Assembly: GCF_001194135.2 (NCBI RefSeq)
Contig: NC_068985.1
Location: 19,678,341 to 19,742,340, forward strand
Direction: 5' to 3'
From: Octopus bimaculoides
Taxonomy: Eukaryota
DNA length: 64,000 nt
The position numbers were made by a program, and so were the translations under genes. The notes under the pieces are model-generated. The model ran no database searches, had not been told where the DNA came from, and worked only from the letters and a program-made list of their open reading frames with translations. Below, in pieces: positions 47,349-57,150 of the stretch; position 1 is the stretch's first letter, and the number at the start of each line of letters is the position of its first letter.

Positions 47349-49713
47349 GTTTGTATAAAACTGAAGAAAGGTCTTCACACTTTTCTTTTATTAATTACAT
47401 ACTTTTAAATGTTGAATTTGTAATAACTCATAACTTAAATTTCAAACTCTCTCCAGAGTCTCATTAAGAAATGTTAAAACTGAAATTAATTTCATTTAAA
47501 GTACATTTAAATTTGAATTCATAAACATTCTTTAAAGAGTAAATATGAAATGATTGCATTGGTTACAGTACATAACTTGTAATGTTTGAGTACGTGTGTG
47601 TGCATGTGAGAGTGAATGATAAACAACTGCTTTGGTTGTTAACTCTTCTGCTTTATGTCGCAGTAATAAGTTCTAAGTCTCTTTTGGCAGCGGAACATAG
47701 AAAGTTACTGATGCAGGCTGGACCGGCATGACTACTCTCAAGAGCTGAGGGGAAGGTGCAGAAATTTTCCTCTTCAGTTGTTGACATCCAGAAAGTAATA
47801 AATTTGATGATTCTTAGTGCTGAGTTCCCCCGACCTGGCGTGAGGAATTCAGGTGGTGATATTGGAGAACAAGTTCCAGTTTCAAGACTTGACCTGCACA
47901 AGCAGCAGACCTGTCTTGGACAGTTAAATGGCACTGGCTTTCCTTTCTTTCAACTTCATCTTATTTTTGCTTCACCCCCTTTTTTCCTCTTTTTTTTTCT
48001 TTTTTTTTTTTTTAACCAGAATTTTCTGGGTTAATGCCTTTTTATTTGATAAACACTTTTCTTTTTCTTTTTTTTTTTTTGCCCCCATTTCACAAGTTCA
48101 ATAAAAATGTAGTGGCAATAAAATAGTATGCATTACTGGCACTGACCTGGATCTAGGATTTTCTCACACAAATCTGGTAAGGTATAGTACTGAGTGTTGC
48201 TATTCTGTCTGGAAACACCTAAGATTGAAACTGCTGGGTATTGGTATAAACTGATGCTGTTTGCTTTTCAGTGAGTAATAAACAATGGAGAAGTGTTAAA
48301 GGTGAATGTGTGTGTGTATGTAAATATAACTTTTGACATATTGTTTGTGCTATGTTTAATCAAGGTTTGAGTCCTTGTTAACCTTTCTTGTGTTTTCCTA
48401 GAGTTTAACTGCTTTTTAAGTTGATGTAAAAGTACATACAAATCATATTTTGTCAACTTGTAATTTTCAAGAAGTTATAGTATATTGATTTAAGGGCTAT
48501 TAAAGTGTTTCCATGTTTAAACCTGTTAAAGCAGCTATAGATTGTCCATAGTGAATTAATCCTCTAAGTTACATGAGATTACCTTAAAAATTTTTTAGTT
48601 ATTTTGTAGCAAACTAAGTCCTATTATTGGTTCTTTCATCTAATGTCTTTTCTATGTGATTTTATAATTTATGCAGTTGGCCGCTACTTATTCCTACTTG
48701 ACAAATGTTAATTTTGCTTGTATTGTGTTAAGTAACATGCCTCCAATTTTAGATTTATTGCTAGATTGTTTGTCATCTGAGAAATTAAAGTTATATATTA
48801 ATCATTGATAGTATATTTTGGAATTTACTCACAGGACTTACCATTAATCCTTGTCAGTGGTGTTTCCCGATTCATAGCAACACAGAATGTCATGTTTTTG
48901 TTTGGATAATGCAGCCACCTCCTCACTATGAATTTCCAGGATTATCTTCTCAGCATTGCAGCCCGTGACTCACCGGATGTTAAAGTTCGGTTTCTCGGAC
49001 TACTTCTCTACTCCTATCTCTCCCTTGTCAACTGTCCTGATGGAGTCATGTCGGAAACCTGCCAGCAAAGAGGGAATGCTTACTCTTAAAACTGCATATG
49101 GGACTTTGCTTCCTGCATGCTGAGCTGACAGCTGAAGGGTATCTTGTTAGACTTACATAAACATGTACTCGGATATGTGACCGACGCAAATAACAAATGT
49201 CTAGCCTCTAGCAGGCTAGCCTTCACCACACACGGCCAGCAGTTACTGTCTCTTCACTGACAGTTTAATAGTCACCGCACAGTTGTGTTAAACCTTTTCT
49301 TGGTTTTACTGTAAACAAAAGCATTCAAGAAGAGAGAGCAAAGTGCCGATACCAGCCAGATGCATGCTCCCTCTTTCAATTGGTTACTACTAACCTGGAC
49401 GTTCAGGTGAATTTTTAAGTTGGGGACAGGAAGTAAACACCCTGGGGTTGCAGGTAAGATGGCAGCAATTAAGGTAAGTTAACTACTTTTCTTACCCAGG
49501 GTAAGCTCTTGGCCCTAACTAAAATTTGTTCAAAGTTAAAATTGTCAAGCTTGTGGGAGTGTGCATTCTTGTTGGTTTCATAGTATTTCATGAATAGACA
49601 TAACTGGCTCTTCTGATTTCAGTTAAAAGCAAATAAATCTTATTCCTACTAATATTCTGCCTTTCTTCTTGTTATGGGGGTTTTCCCAACAATGCCCTGT
49701 AACAATTTTACAG

Positions 49714-49950
49714 ATGTGGATGATATAAAATTTGTGATAAACTTTGACTACCCGGCCACCTCAGAAGACTATGTTCACCGTATTGGGCGAACTGCTCGCA
49801 GCAACAATACTGGCACTGCGTACACTTTCTTCACTCCTGCTAATATGAAACAAGCTCAAGACCTTATGTCTGTGCTTAAAGAAGCTAACCAAGTCATCAA
49901 TCCTAAATTAATGCAATTGGCAGAGAGTGCAAGAGGAATATTTGGAAAAG
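49714..49950 (+). CDS. DDX5: DDX5/17 exon 12 (237 nt; motif VI)
   Basis: tttacag| [39 protein letters not shown]...GIFGK |gtaatt. Confidence 0.97.
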
Positions 49951-50555
49951 GTAATTCTTTTTTATATTATTACATTGTGCCATGGCCACAATAAAGCATG
50001 TTAAGTTATTTTTTTATGCTTCTGTGGTATGGCAGAGAAAAAAATCTTCTTCGATCTTCCAATTTTTTTTCCGTAGAATTTGGAATTTGCAAGGGAGATA
50101 CAGTATGTGATTGTCAAAACTTTTTAGTATTTCCTAACGAAGATGTTTTTGTTATAATTTTAAATTTAAACTGGTTTTGTAAAAATTTTAATGTCAAGTA
50201 GGATTTAGAATCTATGGTACAAGGCTTTTTTTAAAAAGATATTTTCAGATTTTTAATTTTAAACTGCTATGAAAGTTAGCCATATAAAATAAATGGTGAT
50301 TGGTATTACTCAAAATGACAATGTCAAACTATATTATTTGGTTAGCTCCTAAAGTCATGTTATCACCAATGTAATAAGCACAATTTACATGTTTTGAAAT
50401 GAATAGGTAAATCTGTATGCTTAAGAGCATTTTCATGATTTTAATTTTCAAAGAAGAGATCTAGTTCCTATATTTTAACTAGTCTTTTACTCGTATGTGT
50501 TTTTTTTTGCTCATTTAAATACCTTCATATTTTATTTATCCTTTTTCTTCTCCAG

Positions 50556-51313
50556 GACGCAGTCGCTACCGAGGTGGCAGGGATAGAGATAATGGAAGTG
50601 GTGGCCGCTTTGGATCTAGTGGCAGCCGTGGTGATCGTGGAGGTGGTTCTCGTGGGAGCAGCTATGGTAGTGGCCGTGATCGTGGAGGTGGTTCTCGTGG
50701 AGGTTATGGTGGGTCTTCAGGTTCAGGAAACTATGGAGCTGGTAGTCAGTCCAGAGGATCGTTTGGATCTAAGCCAGGTGGTAGTTCTGAAAGAAATAGA
50801 TTTTCAGCTAACTCTGGTAACTTTAACCAAAATAATGTAGGAAGTTATGGCACTAATGTAGGGAACAAGACCGGTGGTTATGGAATGCATTCAAAGCCTA
50901 ATTATAATACTGGTAGTAATGTGGGTCCTAAATCTAATTATCCATCTCAGAATTCCAGTTATCCTACAGCAAATAGTTCAAACTATGGCACCCAGAATAG
51001 TTCACGGCCTGTACAAGCACCCGGACAGTATGGGTCTCAAAAACCCCAGAACTCCTATCAGATGAATGGTTATGGCGGTGCCCCAGCACCTCCAACACAG
51101 TCAACTAGTTCTAATCAACAAAATGGTAATGCAACTAGTGGGGCTGGTACACAGAATTTGCAAAACTTACAGAATATGGCTTTCATGTACAGTCAGTGGA
51201 TGCAAAATCAGCCGGGTGGTAACTCTCAGCAACAGCCCCCTCCTCCACCTCCTGGAAAAACAACCAATCCGCCACCTCCACCATCTACCAACTATAATTA
51301 TCAGTATCGTTAA
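50556..51313 (+). CDS. DDX5: DDX5/17 exon 13: RGG/RS-rich then G/S/N/Q/Y-rich and poly-Pro low-complexity tail, ends at stop
   Basis: ctccag| RSRYRGGRDRDNGSGGRFGSSGSRGDRGG... in the same frame as ORF 50885-51313, ending NYNYQYR*. Confidence 0.9.
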
Positions 51314-54227
51314 ATCAAGCATTTTCTCACTTAGTTATTATTGTTGTACATAGATGCTCCAATATATTAAGTCATTTCCATTTTCACGCTGCATGTGATG
51401 TCTTTGTGCTTTTTATCTATCATTAACCAAAACAACAATGGAAAAAAAAAAAGAAATTAAAGAATTATTTAATAACTTGGTTTTTGTGCTTTTTTAAAAA
51501 AAAACATTGTTTTTGTTATTTTGTGTATGGTTATGTAATCTAGTTTATTTCGCTGAGTTGCATATTTGATATAGATTCAGATGCTACTTCATTGTTTAAT
51601 TTCATTACTAATGTACTTATAAGTATCTGGTCCTGTACAATTCAAAATGTTTTCCTGTATTGACTTTGGTTTAGATACTTGGTGTGCAATGGACTTTAAC
51701 TGGCCAAAGTAATCTTACCTTCAAACCAGTGAGATCTTTACTCTAAAAATAGACAATCAGGCCATTGAAATCAGGGAATAAGCATCACATTTGGATGCTT
51801 AAAGGGCTAAGGATGGAGGTAATCATTCAGTCAGTTTTGGTAATATAAAACTTCCACATATTCAAATTGCTTTGTTGGAAAAGTAAGATTAGAAATGCCA
51901 ATTGTTTACCATGAAATTATTGGCTTATATAATCAATAGGTTTTGCAGCTTAACTCTTCTGGATTTTGATTAATGGAAGATGAGTATAGGACTTGTTGAT
52001 TATAAATTTACCATAACAATATTCATTCTTGTCCATTTTCATTGCAAATGGAAATCAGAATACGGATTCCTTGACTAGTTAATATTTTGTTGAAACAAGG
52101 AGACAGTTGTTTCCAAGTTATGAAGTTTTTTTAGTCTTTTCTGAGAACAGTGTTATAAATTTGTTTCATATGCTAAGCAGCTGTCTTATCCCGATGTTAA
52201 CTGCTAGGGATGCTAATTGCTTCAGGGAAGGGGGTTGTAATTGGAGTGCCCAGCTTTAGACAAGACTAAATCAGAAGAATGTAAAGTTGATGAAAGTATC
52301 AAACGCACCTTGACTACAGCAAGTCTGAATTATACAGGTGTTATTCCATTTAATAGTGCACTCAGTAGTAGGCTGCTAAATTTCAGAGATGCAGAGACCT
52401 TGGGGAAATCCTGTCAAGGACCTCAGGCTGACCAGATTTTGTCTGCCCTCCATGCTGGAATGGGTTTCACTGAGGGCACCTGATTTGTTTTTATACCCTT
52501 CTAACACCCAGAAGAGTGGACTAATACTTACCTTTAATTTATAAAATAAAATCTGGTCACATAATCAAGAATTCATATTACAATATAGCTTTTAGGAAAT
52601 TGTCTCGAAGGCAAATATAACTAATTTCACCAACCTTCTTGAATGTTAAGATCAGGCCCTACAGTATCTGGTTGTACTCCGTCTGAAGCTTCCTAGAACA
52701 TGATAAACACTTGCCTGCTCATCAATTGCTGCAGAAAAGTTTTTGCCAGAATCTGAAGGATATCACAAACCATTAAAACTACCAGAAATGGGAGGCTCCT
52801 TTAAAACTGCAGATGCATACCCTCTCAACCAATCTTGCAATACTATGAAGCTGAAATTACTGATCGCAACAACATTCATTAGTAAACATTACATAGAAAT
52901 GTCCAGAGTTCAAGCAGTACACTGACCACTGTTTCAAATATGTGAAAGACAACACCTTTAGTAATTAAATTGGGCTAAAATTGTATTAGTTACCAATAAA
53001 TTAAAGAACAATAGTGAAGCCATGCATTAATGAGACATTGCCAAGAACTATGCTGATGGTATGAAAAGCACACTAAAGATATTTAAATATAAGCTTAGTT
53101 TTTGAGCAGACTGCCACAAAGATATGGCTATCAGTATCACCGATCCTGTAAAGTTGATGGAACTGCATCATTTACTGATATTTAAAGAACAATCTTCGGA
53201 ATTCATCTTGAATCGTATCTTCCTTTCATACTCGCTTCCTAAGAAATGAATGACTTTTAAACCATATCTTTGATCAAAGGGAAAGAACTCTGGCTGGAAA
53301 TCATTCTCTTCCATGTTTTAGCAGATGAAGCAAACAACTCCAAAATGATCTGAAAGAAGCACATTTTGGTTGTGTGGTTATCGTTTGGTTCCTTTTAGAA
53401 ATCTTTTACAGGGATATAGAACCATTTGGTGAGACTTCGCATAATGATAGTACAAGTTCTGGCGTCTACCAAATATATGTATCTTATATTCTTTCATTTG
53501 TTTCAGTCATTGGACTGAGGTATTGCTTTGAATTTTAGGCAAACAAATCGAGTTCAGTACTTTATTAGTCTCTTATGCTGAACTACTATGTTATGGGGAC
53601 GTAAACAAACCAACACCAGTTAAGTAGCGATGGACAAACAAACTTATTTATGACAAGCTTTCGAACTTTTTACCACTCAGCCATGTCTCTACCGAGGTAC
53701 ATTTATTTTTACAAGACACCCATTTAAAACACTGGGCAAGTAAAGTACTCCCTGTGCAGAAGAAGAATATATTTGTTTACTCAGATATCTGATGTCATCA
53801 TTTGAAATATATATACAGGCACCGAACCTCTTAGCCAGCAACCTTGGGATCGGAGGTGGTCTAGATTTCTGGACACAGGCTGAATATATACTGAAAATAT
53901 AAAATAATGCAAAGTAATAAATTAAGACTACTTAACTGTGAGAAGAGGGCGTCCACACAGGAACTGGTGTCATGATGCGTATGCCCATGGAAACCAAAAC
54001 AAAGCAATCGTGATGAACTACAGCCTGCAAAATTCAAAGCTAACCTGATTTCTTGATTCCTGTATATGGTTTCACATAAAAGCACCCAGCACACTCAGTA
54101 AAGTGGTTGGCATTAGGAAGGGCATCCAGCCATAGAAACCATACCACAACAGACTGAAGTCTGGTACAGCTTGGCAGTTCTGGTCACAGCATAGACAACA
54201 GACATTAAATTTTTATATATATATATA

Positions 54228-55425
54228 TGGCTGAATAAAAAGTAAGCAACGTTTTGAAACATGAAATTCATCGCAATATATTTCAACAACGCAAAAATCT
54301 TATTCATCAGAGTAAGCACCATTACAATCAACACTTTTTTCCAACAAGTTACAAGTTTGTTTATTCTGGTAACATAAAAGTCTGGAGTTCTGTAGCTGAT
54401 GAACTCTTTGAAAACACTTTTAGCATCAGTTTGATTTTTGAATTCTCACAGGAAACAAAGTTGCTTGAAAAAGTGGTAGTTGGTAGGAGAAAGGTCTGGA
54501 GAAGAATGTAGCCAAGTTTCCTCAACTTCTGGAGTGTCATTAGTGAAACATGTGGTTGAGCATTATCATGAAGAATGATTGGCTCTTTTCTGTTGACCAG
54601 TCTGGGAAGGAGGTGTAGCAGTTTTTCATTCATTTTGGCAATATGTTTCTGCAGTAATGGTTTTTAGAAGTTATAGTGGATGGGTCCAGCAGTACACCAC
54701 CAAACAGTCACCATAACCTTTTTGAAGAGCTCGGGGTTTAGGGAAGGTTTTCAGTGCTTCATTTTGATCTAACCACTGTACAGAATCTACTTTTCATCAC
54801 AAGTTACAATACGGTCGAGAAATGGATCGGTCTCGTTAAGGAGAAGAAGTAACAAGCAAATTTCATATCTGCACATTTTTAGATTTTCATTTAAGTCCTA
54901 TGGTACCCATTTGTTAAACTTTTTTGATTTTCCAATTACATGCCAGTAGTTGCAGGCAGTTTTCTGGCTCCTTTGTCAATTCTCGTGGCTTTATGTGGAT
55001 CTTTCTCAATGAAGGTCTTTAATTGACCATCTTCGATGACAGATGGGCATCCACTACACTCATGACCTTCAAGGCTCAGGTATCCACTGCAAAATCGTTT
55101 AAATTATTTTCAAGCTGACCACTCACTGGTCATTTCCTCACCAAATGTTTCATTGATATCATGAGCAGTTCCAGCTGCTTTTATGTCCTTTTTTGAAGTT
55201 GAATAGCAAAATTGCTTGAATATCGCACTTTGACAGTTTTATTTCAGATGATTGTAACAATAGTGATGAAAATATCAATGTTAATTTATTGATAGATTTG
55301 GACAAGTCTATGTTTGTATTATTAGACAATTGTAAAAAAAGTGTTTAAAAAAATTCAAACCTCTGCAAAAATCTGGTACAAATTCTTCATGGTTCAAAAC
55401 GTTGCTTACTTTTTACTCAACCTGA
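54228..55425 (-). mobile_element. Near full-length mariner element (~1.2 kb) with TIRs and TA flanks; transposase inactivated
   Basis: Left TGGCTGAATAAAAAGTAAGCAACGTTTTGAA vs right (reverse complement) TCAGGTTGAGTAAAAAGTAAGCAACGTTTTGAA. TA at 54226-27 and 55426-27. On -: RLVNRKEPIILHDNAQPHV (mariner HDNA motif). Confidence 0.9.
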
Positions 55426-55429
55426 TATA

Positions 55430-55660
55430 TATGTGTGGTAAGAAGCTTGCTTCCCAACCACATGGTCCCAGGTTCAGTCCCACTGCATGGCACCTCAAGC
55501 ATGAAATAATGCCAAAGGTCTTCGCCATTGCCTCTGTGAGGCCCAACACTCAAAAAGAGCTCAGCCACTTTGCCTCTATGAGGCCCAATGCTTGAAAGGA
55601 ATTCAGCCATCTAGCCTCTGTGAAGCCCGCTCGAAAGGAACTCAGCTTGCTTCTATGAGG
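55430..55660 (+). repeat. SINE family B head followed by a ~35-42 nt tandem repeat (3.5 units)
   Basis: Units start GCCTCT(G/A)TGAGGCCC...GAAAGGAA(C/T)TCAGCC. Confidence 0.8.
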
Positions 55661-55679
55661 CTACATTAAGGGTATATTT

Positions 55680-55910
55680 GTCTGTGCCACTACTTTCAAA
55701 AACAAACATTGCAAAGCGTTTGGATTAAAATCCTACAGAATTGGTCCCTAGAGCAGTGGAAGAATGTTATTTTCTTGGACGAGCCATCCTTTACCTTATT
55801 TCCAACCACCGGCCGAGTATACATATGGAGACAGCCAAAAGAAGCATTTGACCCAGACTGCCTCCTTCCAACTGTTAAACATGGAGGAGGATCTGTGATG
55901 ATCTGAGGGA
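55680..55910 (+). mobile_element. Tc1 transposase fragment
   Basis: WSLEQWKNVIFLDEPSFTLFPTTGRVYIWRQPKEAFDPDCLLPTVKHGGGSVMI matches the Tc1 W..VIFSDES..TVKHGGGSVMVWG signature. Confidence 0.92.
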
Positions 55911-56000
55911 GCTATATCTTTTTAAGAATTGGAAACTTTAGTTTGTAGGATTAGAAACCTTGACTGTATTCTTCAGCTTTTGGAGAAGCAAAACAAGGAT

Positions 56001-56373
56001 AATAAGAGCACTCAGAGAGCACAAACTTCCGCGAAGGCAACACCAACATCCTCTCAACGATTAGCCAGAAATGATTTTTAAAATGAGAATATCTGAAATG
56101 AACTCGACTGCTCTCACAAATGAGAATACTAAAAATGAACCCGACTGCTCTCAAAAATTAAGTAAAAAAAAAACAAAAAAAAGGAAAAATAATCCAGAAT
56201 CCTTGTCTGGTACTGGATTGATCCCAAAATCTAATCAGTTCATGCCAGTCACAAGGCCAAACATCCCTGAAAGTCTCATCCAAATCTATCCAATGGTTCT
56301 TGAGATATCTTGTCCATGGACAAACAAACATGACTCTAAACAACACTTCTGCCTTCGTTAAGGCGGAGGTAAT
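56001..56373 (-). mobile_element. Helentron-associated non-autonomous element (HINE/DINE-1-like)
   Basis: On -: TT-ATTACCTCCGCC-ttaacgaa-GGCAGAAGT palindromic 5' subTIR; GTTTGTTTGTCC...GATTTGGATGAGACTTT core; 3' subTIR CGCGGAAGT plus a small stem and TT end. Confidence 0.65.
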
Positions 56374-56603
56374 AAAATATAAGTGTAAATGCTTTTTGTT
56401 GTTCTTGTGCACAACACTGGTATTTCATGTCATAGAATTCAAGTAATTTAACATTTAATAACAAAGTAACCGGGCACATACAATTAGTGCTTCGGTCGAC
56501 TTGTTGCCTGAACTTAAACAGGAACTAGAAAAGCAGGTATAATATAGCTGCCTAATGATTGGCTATGAGCAGGTGCTTGTTAAATGTAATAAAAATATAA
56601 ACT

Positions 56604-57145
56604 GGATCAGGTGTGGCTGTGTGGTAAGAAGCTTATTTCACAACATCGTTCCAGGTTCAGTCCCACTGCATGATACCTTGGGCAAGTGTCTTCTACTATA
56701 GCAGGGGTCCCCAAACTTTTTAGACCTTAACCCCTCATTGACCCCCAGGCATATACAAGAAAATAAATAAATAATAATAATAATTAAGCTGATGTGCATT
56801 TACCGACCCCTTGAATAGCCTCATCGACCCCTGCCCCAGGGGTCGATGTTGACCATTTTGGAGACTCCTGTACTATAGCCTCAGGCCAAACAAAACTTTG
56901 TGAATGAATTTGGTGGATGGAAACTGAAAGAAGCATGTTGGTTATGTGTGTGTGTGTGTGTCTTTGTGTTTGTCCCCACTAACACTTGACAACCAGTGTT
57001 GGTTTGTTTACATCCCTGTAACTTAGCAGTTTGGCAAAAGAGACTGATAGGATAAGTTCCAGGTTTTAAAAAAGAAAATAATTAGTACTGACAAAAACCC
57101 TTCAAGGCAGTGCTCCAGCATGGCCACAGTCTAATGACTGAAATA
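56604..57145 (+). mobile_element. SINE family B copy interrupted by a hAT MITE
   Basis: Head 56604-56701 resumes at 56871 and ends with the CAGCATGGCCACAGTCTAATGACTGAAA tail. Confidence 0.88.
56702..56870. mobile_element. hAT MITE, 169 nt, with 8-bp TSD
   Basis: TIRs CAGGGGTCCCCAAA / TTTGGAGACTCCTG (12/14 match). Perfect TSD TACTATAG at 56694-56701 and 56871-56878. Confidence 0.95.
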
Positions 57146-57150
57146 AATAA

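Noticed and set aside
50574-51353. Overlapping alternative-frame ORFs (50574-50840, 50874-51065, 51066-51353)
   Set aside because: They are shadows of the low-complexity DDX5 exon 13 frame.
55510-55660. Regularly spaced ~41-nt repeats as a CRISPR array
   Set aside because: Units are contiguous and diverged, with no unique spacers and no cas genes, in a eukaryotic SINE context.
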